Assembly: GCA_963627065.1 (NCBI GenBank)
Contig: CAVGAA010000003.1
Location: 52,361 to 116,360 of the forward strand
Source: a bacterium
GTDB taxonomy: Bacteria > Bacillota > Clostridia > Oscillospirales > CAG-272
DNA: 64,000 bases
Direction: 5' to 3'
Made by a program: the position numbers and the translations under genes. Below the pieces are notes generated by a model. It was not told the DNA's origin. It did no database searches and worked only from the letters and a program-made list of their open reading frames with translations. Shown piece after piece: positions 52,326-62,362 of this stretch. The first letter of the stretch is position 1, and every line of letters begins with the position of its first letter.

Positions 52326-52919
52326 TTGGGAAATGAAGAAATTTTGCCGTCCGATTCGGCATTGATTGAAAAATGCGTATCGTCCGAATTGATTTTTGAC
52401 GGTCGGGTTGTTCATCTTTATGTCGACCGCATCGCACTGCCGGACGGTCGGGAGGCTACCCGTGAATATATGCGACACATCGGGGCAGTTTGCGTCTTGC
52501 CGATTGACAAATTCGGTGTTGTGCATTGTGTCCGCCAGTACCGTTATCCGCACGCAAAGGTACTTTTGGAAATTCCTGCCGGAAAGTTGGACAGCAAAAC
52601 AGAGGACCACGCCTCCGCCGCATTGCGTGAACTGCGTGAGGAAACCGGTTTTTCGTGCAAAAAATTGACCTATCTCGGCGACATTTTCACATCGCCTGCG
52701 ATTTTGGACGAGGTGATCGGGTTGTATCTTGCCGAGGATCTGTCCTCCGGCGACACGCATTTTGACGATGACGAATTTATCGCACCGATTGGCATTCCGC
52801 TTGACGAAATGGTCGATATGGTGATGCGTGGAGAAATACCCGATGCGAAAACGCAAATTGCCGTGATGTGTGTGCATGAACTGCTCCGTCGGCGGAAAGA
52901 AAAGGGGATTGAATCTTGA
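52326..52919 (+). CDS. NUDIX hydrolase (ADP-ribose pyrophosphatase type)
   Basis: Nudix box GKLDSKTEDHASAALRELREETGF. The start is proposed at the TTG at 52326, with GGAG 8 nt upstream. The start is uncertain. Confidence 0.8.
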   Translation: MGNEEILPSDSALIEKCVSSELIFDGRVVHLYVDRIALPDGREATREYMRHIGAVCVLPIDKFGVVHCVRQYRYPHAKVLLEIPAGKLDSKTEDHASAALRELREETGFSCKKLTYLGDIFTSPAILDEVIGLYLAEDLSSGDTHFDDDEFIAPIGIPLDEMVDMVMRGEIPDAKTQIAVMCVHELLRRRKEKGIES

Positions 52920-53524
52920 AAAGAGTTTTCGGAACGGTCAGTTTTCACTGTTACCGCAAGCGTTTGGCACCGATGAGCAAGTTTTTGGGAGAAGTCGGAC
53001 CGAATATGGAATTTGACGGCACGCCGATTGAGGACGAAGAACCGGACGAAGCCGATATTGAAGACTACGATTTGATGTTGCCTGCGAAACTCGTGGTGGC
53101 AAACGATATGGTGATGCTATCGTGGGAAGAAGACGAAATTTCCGGTATGAAAGGTGCATTTACGAAAATTGCCTTTTCATCCGATGACAAAGGCGTTGTG
53201 ACGATGGCTCGCAACGGAATTGTCTGCACGACTTTGACTTTTCAGAAAAGTGTTCACTTTACCTGTATGTACAACACGCCGTTTTTGTCTTTTCCGATTT
53301 CTGTTGAGGGAATCGAAGTCGACAACCGATTGCTCGAAGACGGCGAAATGAATCTCGATTATATCATTGAACTCGGCGGTTCCTGCATGGAAAGATCCAA
53401 AGTCAATCTGACTTTCAAACCGGACGAAACGACAGCCCGTGAAGTGACGAGGGGCAAAAAAGTCGACAAAACCGAGTCTGGCGAGCAAGATTTGCAAAGC
53501 ACACAAGAGGAAAACGCCAAATGA
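52916..53524 (+). CDS. DUF1934-like beta-barrel protein (tentative)
   Basis: The pattern ...MVMLSWEEDEISGMKGAFTKIAFSSDDKGVVTMARNGIVCTTLTFQKSVHFTCMYNTPFLSFPISVEGIEVDN...LDYIIELGG resembles the DUF1934/YwiB family. The start is ambiguous: TTG at 52916, ATG at 52973 or ATG at 53006. Confidence 0.5.
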   Translation: MKRVFGTVSFHCYRKRLAPMSKFLGEVGPNMEFDGTPIEDEEPDEADIEDYDLMLPAKLVVANDMVMLSWEEDEISGMKGAFTKIAFSSDDKGVVTMARNGIVCTTLTFQKSVHFTCMYNTPFLSFPISVEGIEVDNRLLEDGEMNLDYIIELGGSCMERSKVNLTFKPDETTAREVTRGKKVDKTESGEQDLQSTQEENAK

Positions 53525-54195
53525 AAGCCGAAACACGCAAAAAACTGCGACCGCTTTGGATTTTGCTTTCTGCCATGGCAGGGGTATCGGTTATATTGGT
53601 ACTTTTGCTCTCGCTCGGCGTTTTCAAAAGTTATCGGTATGACGAGATTGGCTTTTCGGTCGGTGGCGGTACGGTTTTCGAGCCGGTGACCGACATTGAA
53701 ATTGACTGGTATTCCGGTCCCATACAAATTGAACTTTGCGAGGATGAGAACATTTCGGTGTCCGAGTATGCCAAAGAGGAACTTTCGGAAAACGAAACGC
53801 TCCGCCTGAAAATCGAGGACGGCAAACTTTCGGTAAAGTCGAGAGAATCCACCGGACTTTTGTTGCAGTCGCCCGAAGCGAAAGTTTTGATTTTGCGGAT
53901 TCCCGCAAATCTGGCGGACGGTGTCCGTTCGTTAAATATTCGGGTGCGAAACGGGGCAGGGCAGATTGACTGCGATTTTCTGCCGAGCGAAACGAATATA
54001 CAAGCAAAAAATGCGAAAGTTACGTTGACACTGCCGAAAGATTGCGGTTTTACGCTTGACGCATCGCATCTTGACGGCACGCCGTCGGGTGTTCTCATGG
54101 ACGAGCAGGACGGAAAATACATCTATGCCGGCGGTGGAGCAAATCTTTCGGTCACGGCAAAACGTTTGAATATTTCAACCAAAACGGACGAATAA
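53521..54195 (+). CDS. Membrane-anchored DUF4097-like beta-strand repeat protein (tentative)
   Basis: N-terminal TM segment LWILLSAMAGVSVILVLLLSLGV, followed by short alternating beta-strand repeats (IEIDWYSGPIQIE, LRLKIEDGKLSVKS, NIRVRNGAGQIDCDF, KVTLTLPKDCGFTLDA). There is an ATGA overlap with the previous gene. Confidence 0.5.
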   Translation: MKAETRKKLRPLWILLSAMAGVSVILVLLLSLGVFKSYRYDEIGFSVGGGTVFEPVTDIEIDWYSGPIQIELCEDENISVSEYAKEELSENETLRLKIEDGKLSVKSRESTGLLLQSPEAKVLILRIPANLADGVRSLNIRVRNGAGQIDCDFLPSETNIQAKNAKVTLTLPKDCGFTLDASHLDGTPSGVLMDEQDGKYIYAGGGANLSVTAKRLNISTKTDE

Positions 54196-54215
54196 AATAC
54201 GAACGGTCAAGGGGG

Positions 54216-56162
54216 GTGAGAATCATCGAAAACGGAAATTATTGGACGGACAGATACCCGCTTTTGGGGCAGATCGACAGTCCGCAGGACCTCAAAAAAC
54301 TGCCGTCATCCGAAATTCCGCAATTGGCGGAAGAAATTCGTGAATATCTCATCGAGCAGGTCAGCGAAACGGGCGGACACCTTGCATCGAATTTGGGTGC
54401 TGTTGAACTCACGCTGGCAATTCACCGAGTTTTCAACTCCCCCGAAGACCATATCATTTTCGATGTCGGACACCAAAGTTACGTGCATAAAATTTTAACC
54501 GGTCGCAAGGACAGATTTCCGTCCCTGCGTCAGAGCGGTGGCATCAGCGGTTTCCCGAAACGTTGCGAAAGTGAGTATGACTGTTTCGGCACGGGACACA
54601 GTTCCACGTCGGTGTCGGCGGCATTGGGTTTTGCGGAATCCGACAGACTCGCCGGTAGCTCCGCCTATACAGTTTGCGTGGTCGGTGACGGAGCATATAC
54701 GAGCGGTATGATTCACGAGGCACTTAACAACTGCCGAAAGCGGTTGAACCTCATTATCATTCTCAACGAAAACGAGATGAGCATCTCAAAGAACATCGGC
54801 AGATTTGCAAAAAATCTCTCGCATATTCGCTCATCCCGCAGTTATATCCGCACCAAAAACGCCTTTGCGGTGGTCATCGGGCATATACCGCTCATCGGAA
54901 AATGGCTTTATAACAAACTCCTGCGTTTCAAAATGGGCTTGAAAGCGGCTCTTTACGGGAGTAATATTTTCGAAAGTTTAGGGCTTTTCTATTTCGGACC
55001 TGCCGACGGAAACAACGAGGCGACGGTTGAAAAACTGTTGGAGGAAGCCAAAAAAACGCATCAGTGTTGCGTAATTCACCTCAAAACGAAAAAAGGGAAG
55101 GGCTATGCACCTGCCGAGGCAACACCGGACAAGTTTCACGGTGTCGCACCTGCCGACAAACCGAAGTCGACCGACAAAACTTTTTCGACCGTAATGGGAG
55201 AGGAACTTTGCCGTTTGGCTTCGAAAAACGATAAAATCTGTGCCATTACCGCCGCTATGACGTCCGGAACGGGACTCACGCAGTTTGCATCGACCTATCC
55301 GCAACGTTTTTTTGACGTTGGCATTGCGGAAGAACACGCCGTGACCTTTGCGGCAGGACTTTCCGCCAACGGTTACAGACCGGCGGTCGCAATTTATTCG
55401 ACATTTTTGCAAAGGGCTTACGACAACATTCTGCACGACGTCGCCCTGCAAAATCTGCCGGTTGTTTATCTTGTTGACCGTGCAGGGTTGAATAATTCGG
55501 ACGGACCGACACATTACGGTGTTTTTGACGTGGCATTTCTCTCGCAAGTGCCGAACCTGCGAATCTATACACCGATAACGAAAAAAGCATTACAGATTGC
55601 TTTGGATGATGCATTCAGACGGCAGGAGGCTTGTGCCGTCCGTTACCCGAACGGTTGCGAATCGTCGAGAGTGGTAACCGAATTTTACGGTGATGCGACA
55701 CCGGTCAAAATCTCCGTGCGGAATAATTTTCCGCAGAGCAAGACGAAACGGGAGGGCATGGATGCCGTAATCGTGACCGACGGTCGCATTGTAACGGAGG
55801 CTCTCAAAGCGTCCGACGAACTTGCAAAAGAGGACATTCACATCGGCATTTTGCTCTTGGAATATATCAAGCCTTACGAAGAAGTCGCCAAAGAGGTTGC
55901 AGGACTCCTGCCGGTCAAAAAATGCCCCGTCATTTTCTTGGAGGAGGAAATCCGCACCGGCGGAATGGGAATGCTTCTGTCGGATGCCCTTAAATCGTAC
56001 CCCGAAATGCACGCACGCAAAACGGCGATTATGGCACTCGAAAATCCGCTTGATTATCCTGTCGACATCGGTTCGAACTGCCTTGAAATGGCAGGGTTGG
56101 ACAGTAAAAACATTCAGAAAACCGTCAAAGACTTGATCAACAAATCGCAAAAACACTCTTGA
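54216..56162 (+). CDS. dxs: 1-deoxy-D-xylulose-5-phosphate synthase
   Basis: YPLLGQIDSPQDLKKL, TGGHLASNLGAVELTLAIH, GHSSTSVSAALG, VGDGAYTSGM and DRAGLNNSDGPTHYGVFD. The GTG start at 54216 abuts a G6 run, so the exact start is uncertain. Confidence 0.92.
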   Translation: MRIIENGNYWTDRYPLLGQIDSPQDLKKLPSSEIPQLAEEIREYLIEQVSETGGHLASNLGAVELTLAIHRVFNSPEDHIIFDVGHQSYVHKILTGRKDRFPSLRQSGGISGFPKRCESEYDCFGTGHSSTSVSAALGFAESDRLAGSSAYTVCVVGDGAYTSGMIHEALNNCRKRLNLIIILNENEMSISKNIGRFAKNLSHIRSSRSYIRTKNAFAVVIGHIPLIGKWLYNKLLRFKMGLKAALYGSNIFESLGLFYFGPADGNNEATVEKLLEEAKKTHQCCVIHLKTKKGKGYAPAEATPDKFHGVAPADKPKSTDKTFSTVMGEELCRLASKNDKICAITAAMTSGTGLTQFASTYPQRFFDVGIAEEHAVTFAAGLSANGYRPAVAIYSTFLQRAYDNILHDVALQNLPVVYLVDRAGLNNSDGPTHYGVFDVAFLSQVPNLRIYTPITKKALQIALDDAFRRQEACAVRYPNGCESSRVVTEFYGDATPVKISVRNNFPQSKTKREGMDAVIVTDGRIVTEALKASDELAKEDIHIGILLLEYIKPYEEVAKEVAGLLPVKKCPVIFLEEEIRTGGMGMLLSDALKSYPEMHARKTAIMALENPLDYPVDIGSNCLEMAGLDSKNIQKTVKDLINKSQKHS

Positions 56163-56187
56163 CAATCAAGTGATTATATGATATAAT
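56159..56187 (+). promoter_or_regulatory. Perfect consensus sigma-A promoter overlapping the dxs stop codon
   Basis: TTGACA at 56159-56164 (containing the dxs TGA), a 17-nt spacer, and TATAAT at 56182-56187. It is followed by a 10-bp leader hairpin, CTCCAAAACC / GGTTTTGGAG (56199-56242). Confidence 0.7.
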
Positions 56188-56298
56188 ATAAGAGTCATCT
56201 CCAAAACCAACTCATGTCTTGTCGCACTTTTCGGTTTTGGAGAGTCTGAAAAATCATCATTCAAAATTCCTATACACTTGTTTGTCGGAGGTATCGAT

Positions 56299-56883
56299 AT
56301 GTATTTGCAACTGTATGACGAAATGATCCCGGGGACGATTTTGCATCGCTCCGATATGGACGGTTTGACCGGTCTTGCTTTTCTCAAAAAAGTTTTTTTC
56401 GTGTCGGACGGAGTTATGCTCTCGCAGATTCGTGACATTTCCGGCATCGATTCCTCCACGCTCCAAAACTGGACCAAGCGTGGTTGGGTGGCAAACAGTC
56501 GGCAAAAACGTTATGACATCGAGCAGGTCGCCCACATTCTCATCATCAATATGCTCCGTTCCTGTATGCGTTTGGACCGAATTGCAGGGCTGATTTGTTA
56601 CGTCAACGGCGATTTGGACGATACATCCGACGATATTGTGCCGGATTCGGTGCTTTACGATTATATCTGCCGTGCCCTTGACCGCATGATGAACGAAACG
56701 AGCGGTTCGACCGCAGATGTTGTAAAGGTTGTCGAAAGTGTGACAGAGGGGTACGAAGAAAAAATTGCGGGTGCGGAAGAACGCCTCAACCGTGCGTTGG
56801 AGGTCATTGTCATGACCTATTATGCCACACTGGTCAAAAAACACGCAAACGATCTGCTGGACGAAATCCTGCCGGAAGGCTGA
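56299..56883 (+). CDS. DUF1836 domain protein (MerR-like HTH)
   Basis: MLSQIRDISGIDSSTLQNWTKRGWVANSRQKRYDIEQVAHILIINMLRSCMRLDRI matches my memory of the DUF1836 pattern. A GGAGG RBS precedes the ATG at 56299. Confidence 0.65.
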   Translation: MYLQLYDEMIPGTILHRSDMDGLTGLAFLKKVFFVSDGVMLSQIRDISGIDSSTLQNWTKRGWVANSRQKRYDIEQVAHILIINMLRSCMRLDRIAGLICYVNGDLDDTSDDIVPDSVLYDYICRALDRMMNETSGSTADVVKVVESVTEGYEEKIAGAEERLNRALEVIVMTYYATLVKKHANDLLDEILPEG

Positions 56884-56935
56884 AAAAATCGGGAAATCGG
56901 TGCAATCGGCGAGAAAGCGAAAAATTGTTTATACC

Positions 56936-56972
56936 GGCAACACCACCTATGCGGTGCGGTGTTGCCATTTTT
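56936..56972 (+). terminator. Rho-independent terminator
   Basis: GGCAACACC-13 nt-GGTGTTGCC followed by ATTTTT. Confidence 0.75.
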
Positions 56973-57129
56973 GACGGAAAAGGTAGCATTTTTCACGAAA
57001 AAAACAGACAGAACGATATGTATTTTCTACGCATTCACAACAAGTTCATAATTACATGGTATAATATAAAGAAGGTAAAATCTCAAATTGTATCGCAGTG
57101 CGATGCAGGGGAAAGGATATATCACTTTT

Positions 57130-58218
57130 ATGATTAAAATCGAACATCTTGTCAAGAATTACGGATCGAACTGTGCCGTGGATGACATCAGTTTTTCGGT
57201 CGAAGAAGGCGAAATTGTCGGCTTTTTAGGTCCGAACGGTGCCGGAAAAAGTACGACCATGAACATTTTGACCGGTTATCTCTCGTCAACATCGGGCAAA
57301 GCATACATCGGGGGCATCGATATTTTGTCCGATCCCATCGGTGCGAAAAAACTCATCGGCTATCTGCCCGAGCAACCGCCCCTTTACCTCGATATGACGG
57401 TTGACGAGTATCTGAATTTCAATTACGAACTCAAAGGTTGCAAACTCGACAGAGAAAAGCACCTTTCCGAAATCTGCGAAACCGTCAAGATTCAGGACGT
57501 GAGAGGTCGTGTCATCAAGAGCCTTTCCAAAGGTTACCGCCAACGTGTCGGTATCGCTCAGGCACTGGTCGGCAATCCGAAGGTCATCATTTTCGACGAA
57601 CCGACCGTAGGACTCGATCCAAAGCAGATTATCGAAATCCGAAACCTCATCAGAGGTTTGGGAAAGGCACATACCGTCATCCTTTCCACGCATATTTTGC
57701 AGGAGGTTCAGGCGGTTTGCGACAGAATTGTCATCATCAACAAAGGCAAAATCGTTGCGAATGAGAAGACCGAGAACATTTCAAGTGCCGTTGACCGTTC
57801 CCGCAGGTTCAATGCAAAAATTTGCGGACCGCAAAAAGAAGTCCTCGCAATGCTCAAAGGACTGTCCGGTGTCGCTTATGCCGAGGCATTGGCGGAGCGT
57901 GACGGCGATGCCTATACTTACCTCATCGAGAGCGAATACGGCGTTGACATCCGCAAAAAACTGTTCTTCGAACTGTCCGCAAAGGGCTGGGCTTTGATAG
58001 GCCTTGAAGCACTCGGCATGAGTCTGGAAGACATCTTTATTACGGTTGTCGACAAATCCGAGGAACGTCCTACCCGTGCAGGCTCGGCACGTGTTACGAG
58101 AAAGCAGAAAACCGCCGAGAAGAACACGCTCGAAAAAGAGGTCGGCGAAACGCTTTTTGAAGACGCAAAGAAACAGAGAGCCGAAGCCGCAATGCAAGAC
58201 ACAACGGACGACGAATAA
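57130..58218 (+). CDS. ABC-2-type transporter ATP-binding protein (GldA-like) with a ~60-aa charged C-terminal tail
   Basis: Walker A GPNGAGKSTT, signature LSKGYRQRV, Walker B VIIFDEPTVGLD. The start is set at the ATG at 57130 (MIKIEHLVKNYG). Confidence 0.88.
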   Translation: MIKIEHLVKNYGSNCAVDDISFSVEEGEIVGFLGPNGAGKSTTMNILTGYLSSTSGKAYIGGIDILSDPIGAKKLIGYLPEQPPLYLDMTVDEYLNFNYELKGCKLDREKHLSEICETVKIQDVRGRVIKSLSKGYRQRVGIAQALVGNPKVIIFDEPTVGLDPKQIIEIRNLIRGLGKAHTVILSTHILQEVQAVCDRIVIINKGKIVANEKTENISSAVDRSRRFNAKICGPQKEVLAMLKGLSGVAYAEALAERDGDAYTYLIESEYGVDIRKKLFFELSAKGWALIGLEALGMSLEDIFITVVDKSEERPTRAGSARVTRKQKTAEKNTLEKEVGETLFEDAKKQRAEAAMQDTTDDE

Positions 58219-58235
58219 CGAAAGGATTTTAAGAT

Positions 58236-59009
58236 ATGTTAGCCATTTACCGCAAAGAAATGCGTTCGTATTTCATCAACCCGATCGGGTATATTTATTT
58301 GGGAGTTTTCTTGGTCTTCTCGGCACTGCTTTGTTGCTACACGACCTTGATTTCCGCATCGTACAGCACATCGTCTTATTTTACCTATCTCATTTTCTCC
58401 TTTATCATTCTCATTCCGATCTTAACCATGCGACTGTTCGCCGAGGAACGCAAGCTCCGCACCGAGCAATTGCTCTTAACCGCACCGGTGACCATCACCG
58501 GTATGGTGCTCGGAAAATATTTGGCGGCACTCACACTTTATGTCGGAGGCATTCTGCTTTCCTGCGTCAATTTCATTCCGCTTTATGTCATCGGTGCGAA
58601 AGAACGTGCAGGTGAGGGGACTTATGCTCTCACGCACATCGGTCCCGTGACCGGTGAAATTGTCGGCAGTGTCATTGCCGTAATCCTTTTGGGAGCGGCA
58701 CTCATTGCGGTCGGAACGCTCATTTCCGCCCTGACCGAAAATCAACTTTCCGCAGCGGTCATTACGGTCGGCGTGATTGCCGTTATGGTTCTTCTCAATG
58801 TCCTGAACCTTTTGACCGACAGCGACAGCCAGCCCATTATCGCAAGTTCCGCACTCCGTTTCGTTATCAGTTGGGTGTCGGTCATCAGTCGATTCTCCAA
58901 TTTCAGTCAGGGAATTTTTGATTATTCCGCTCTGCTTTATTACGTGTCTTTGGCGTTTATTTTCCTGTTCCTCACGGTACGGGTATACGAAAAACGCCGT
59001 TGGGGTTGA
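58236..59009 (+). CDS. ABC-2-type permease (GldF-like)
   Basis: 257 aa with 6-7 TM segments. MLAIYRKEMRSYFINPIGYIYLGVF is a typical ABC-2 permease N-terminus. Confidence 0.8.
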   Translation: MLAIYRKEMRSYFINPIGYIYLGVFLVFSALLCCYTTLISASYSTSSYFTYLIFSFIILIPILTMRLFAEERKLRTEQLLLTAPVTITGMVLGKYLAALTLYVGGILLSCVNFIPLYVIGAKERAGEGTYALTHIGPVTGEIVGSVIAVILLGAALIAVGTLISALTENQLSAAVITVGVIAVMVLLNVLNLLTDSDSQPIIASSALRFVISWVSVISRFSNFSQGIFDYSALLYYVSLAFIFLFLTVRVYEKRRWG

Positions 59010-59063
59010 TTTTTCACTGCCACTTTCACTGACACGAAATAAAAGAAAGGATTTTCAAAACGC

Positions 59064-60602
59064 ATGAAAAAACGGTTCATTCGTTCCAAACGGGTGCGTT
59101 ACGGTAGTATGACGGTGCTTTTGACCGTTCTGCTTATCGCAACGGTCGTCCTTGCGAATGTCTTGGTGTCGACACTGGCTTCCCGCTATACGTGGTACAC
59201 GTCCATGACTGCATCGGCAAACTACGGAACGACAAATGCCTGCTATAATCTGCTTGACGCAACGATCGGAAAGACCGACGAAAAAGTAAAGATTATCTTC
59301 TGCGATACGGAGGAAAACGTCAAGGAAAGTTCCACCGTGTCCTATATCTACAATACCGCAAAACAGTTGTGCGAACATCTTCCTGACAACCTCTCGCTCG
59401 AATTCCACAACATCTGGCTCGATCCCGACAGCGTGAGAGGCTATTCCGCGACATTTGATGCCTCCACTGCCGAAACCGTGAAAACAACCCTTAAATCGAC
59501 CAGCGTCATCATCGCCGGTGAGGACTATTACAGAGTTTACGACCACAGTGAATTTTTCGTTTTCGCCGACAACGATACCTCAAATCTTTGGGCTTATCAG
59601 GGCGAACGCAAACTCTCGGCAGGCATTCTCCATGCGGTCGAGAACGATTCGCAACCCATTTGTTGCCTGACGAGCAATCACGGCGAAGTCTTTTACGATT
59701 ACGAACTGCTCTATCTCTTGGACGATGCCGGTTACGCACTCCGCTACATCGACCTTTACCGTGACGAAATTCCGACCGGTTGCAAACTCATTGTCAGTTA
59801 CAACCCCAACTCCGACCTGACCGTGTCCGACGGCGTTTCGGCAACATCGGAAATCGACATTCTCAACGATTTTCTTTCGACATCCGGAAATTCGTTCCTT
59901 GTATTTATCGAGGACGGAACACCGTCCCTGCCGAATTTTGAAAGTTTTCTTTCGGATTGGGGCGTTGAATCGCTCTATTCCACAGATACGAACGGCAACA
60001 GTTTCCGCTATATGGTGCAGAACGATTCGCAGTCGCTCACATCGGACGGGTATACCATTTACGGTGACGAAAACGAAAAAGGTCACGCAGGCGAACTGCT
60101 CTCCGGTCTGACGAGAAAAACCGTCTTCAAAAACGCAACCGCACTCAGAGCCTCCAACGGTTTTGTGAGTGGTGGGGACGGCAGTTATACAAAAGGCAAC
60201 CGCACCCTTTATTCGCTTTTCGGGAGCGGTTCGGGTGCAGTCGCATGGGCGAACGGAAAACCGGTCGATGCGACAAGTTCCATGCTTATGACCTTGACCG
60301 AACAGACCAACACCGACAGCGGAGCATCCTATGTCGGAGTCTGTGCATCGGTTGATTTTGCAAGCGAAGATTTTCTGCAATCCGCCGTTTACGGCAATAC
60401 CGACACCATGATGCGTTTGTTCACAATTCTGGGCAAGGAAAATACGCCCGAGGGACTGACCATCAAACCCTTTACGAACACGAAAATCAGTACGATTACA
60501 ACCGCCGAAATGTGGAAAACCACCGTCATTCTGGCAGTCATTCCGGCTGTCATCTGTGCAGGACTCGGAATTTTCGTACCGGTTCGCCGTCGCCGTGCAT
60601 GA
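59064..60602 (+). CDS. GldG-like ABC-transporter auxiliary component (paralog 1)
   Basis: 512 aa with bitopic architecture: N-terminal TM segment SMTVLLTVLLIATVVLANVLV, a large external domain, and C-terminal TM segment VILAVIPAVICAGLGIFV followed by RRRRA. This is the arrangement typical of the ABC_transp_aux/GldG family. Confidence 0.7.
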   Translation: MKKRFIRSKRVRYGSMTVLLTVLLIATVVLANVLVSTLASRYTWYTSMTASANYGTTNACYNLLDATIGKTDEKVKIIFCDTEENVKESSTVSYIYNTAKQLCEHLPDNLSLEFHNIWLDPDSVRGYSATFDASTAETVKTTLKSTSVIIAGEDYYRVYDHSEFFVFADNDTSNLWAYQGERKLSAGILHAVENDSQPICCLTSNHGEVFYDYELLYLLDDAGYALRYIDLYRDEIPTGCKLIVSYNPNSDLTVSDGVSATSEIDILNDFLSTSGNSFLVFIEDGTPSLPNFESFLSDWGVESLYSTDTNGNSFRYMVQNDSQSLTSDGYTIYGDENEKGHAGELLSGLTRKTVFKNATALRASNGFVSGGDGSYTKGNRTLYSLFGSGSGAVAWANGKPVDATSSMLMTLTEQTNTDSGASYVGVCASVDFASEDFLQSAVYGNTDTMMRLFTILGKENTPEGLTIKPFTNTKISTITTAEMWKTTVILAVIPAVICAGLGIFVPVRRRRA

Positions 60603-60618
60603 GAGGAGATATGGGAAT

Positions 60619-62337
60619 ATGAAACAGCAAAACTCCGAAAAACTCCGGCACGGAATTCCGGCACTGATCATTACGGTTGCCGTTGTCGTAGCCGTCCTGC
60701 TCGTCAACGTCGGTGTGGGTATCTTGACCGACCTCAAACTTTTCTTCATTGACCTGACAAGCGAAAAAATGTATACGCTTGACGATGCAACGGTTTCTAT
60801 GCTCGACGGTACATTCAAAGAGGTCAACACAAAGCGTGAAAATGAGGGGGATGAGGACGTTTCGGTTGACATTGTCTTCTGTGCCGATGCGGACCTGCTC
60901 AAAGCAAACGAAAAAATGCGGTACATCTATTACACCGCAAGATCACTCGAAAAGGAATTTCCCGACACCATTCACGTATCGACCACAAACGTCTGGACGA
61001 ACCCGTCCTCGGTCGACCGTTATCGCACGAACTCTTACTCGTCCATTTACCAATCGAATATCATCGTGGCGAGCGGTTCGGAATTCCGCATTACCTCAAT
61101 TGAAACCTATTACACATACGATTCGGATTCGTCAAGCGACAGCGATCCGTGGGCTTACAACGGCGAAAAGAAATTCGTTCAGTCGATTATTGCCGTTACG
61201 AGAGCCGAATCTCCCATTTGTGCCATTACGACCAATCACGGGGAAGCACTTGCAACAGAGGAGGGCAGAGCCGAATACAGCGAACTGCTGAACGTCATAG
61301 CGAATGCCGGCTACGACATTCAGTATATCAATCTCTCGACAGACACCATTCCGGAAAACTGCCGTCTGATTCTGACATTCGATCCGCAAACCGACTTTTT
61401 GGGCAAGAAAGATTCGCCGACCGGTGTATCGGAACTTTCGCAACTCGAAAATTTCCTTGAAAATTGCTATTCCTTTATGGTCTTTGTCGATGCGGACACA
61501 CCGGTCCTGACCAATCTCGAAGAATTCCTCGAAGAATGGGGCATTTCACTCAACCGTTCGGAGGATGTGGACGAAAACTGGACGGGCAACTGGAGAACCA
61601 AATCGACCTCTGCTCTCGATGCAGACGGACTGTCTGTTATCGGCGAGTACGAAACCGAGGCTATCGGCGGTTCTATCACCAAGAATATGCGTGAAAAAGG
61701 CGGATCGCCCAAAGTGGTCTTCGGCAACAGTATGTCCATTACCTATTCGCCGTCCTATGAGGTGACCTATCAACTCGAAGACGCTGACAACGACATCGGG
61801 GCATATACCTACGGTTCTTATTACCGCAACAACCATTCGAGAGCCATTTACGATGTTTTCCGTTCGGACAGCGAATCGGTTGCCTACAATATCAAGGACG
61901 GAACGGTTTCGACCGATCCCGTCGATACGCACGGCAATTACAAACTGATGACAATCACACGGGAAAGCCGTACGGTCGGTGAGGGCAAAGGCTATACGAA
62001 TGTCAATGATGCATCCTACGTCTGTGCAATCACGTCTACCGAATTCGCAAGCAACAAACTGCTATCTTCCAACGCATACGGAAATACCGACGTCCTGCTT
62101 GAAACCCTGCGTGCCGTCGGGCGTGAAGTCGTCCCTGTGGGACTTTCCTTCAAACCGCTTTACGATTCGGAAATGACGCAGTCTTCTTCGTCCTCGTCAA
62201 GTAGCAGCGACAGCACGGTTTACTATTACACGGAAGCGGGTAACATCACCCGTACGGTCGTCTTAACGATCACGCCGGCAGTTGTTATGGCACTGCTCGG
62301 AACGGTGATCCTTGTCAGACGGAAATTCCGCCACTGA
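60619..62337 (+). CDS. GldG-like ABC-transporter auxiliary component (paralog 2), with a poly-Ser tract
   Basis: 572 aa with the same N- and C-terminal TM architecture (IPALIITVAVVVAVLLVNVGV ... VVLTITPAVVMALLGTVILVRRKFRH). It shares motifs with paralog 1 (WAYNGEKKF vs WAYQGERKL; ICAITTNHGE vs ICCLTSNHGE). An S9 tract is encoded at 62183-62215. Confidence 0.7.
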   Translation: MKQQNSEKLRHGIPALIITVAVVVAVLLVNVGVGILTDLKLFFIDLTSEKMYTLDDATVSMLDGTFKEVNTKRENEGDEDVSVDIVFCADADLLKANEKMRYIYYTARSLEKEFPDTIHVSTTNVWTNPSSVDRYRTNSYSSIYQSNIIVASGSEFRITSIETYYTYDSDSSSDSDPWAYNGEKKFVQSIIAVTRAESPICAITTNHGEALATEEGRAEYSELLNVIANAGYDIQYINLSTDTIPENCRLILTFDPQTDFLGKKDSPTGVSELSQLENFLENCYSFMVFVDADTPVLTNLEEFLEEWGISLNRSEDVDENWTGNWRTKSTSALDADGLSVIGEYETEAIGGSITKNMREKGGSPKVVFGNSMSITYSPSYEVTYQLEDADNDIGAYTYGSYYRNNHSRAIYDVFRSDSESVAYNIKDGTVSTDPVDTHGNYKLMTITRESRTVGEGKGYTNVNDASYVCAITSTEFASNKLLSSNAYGNTDVLLETLRAVGREVVPVGLSFKPLYDSEMTQSSSSSSSSSDSTVYYYTEAGNITRTVVLTITPAVVMALLGTVILVRRKFRH

Positions 62338-62362
62338 TTGAGAAAGGAACGGTACGGAATTG

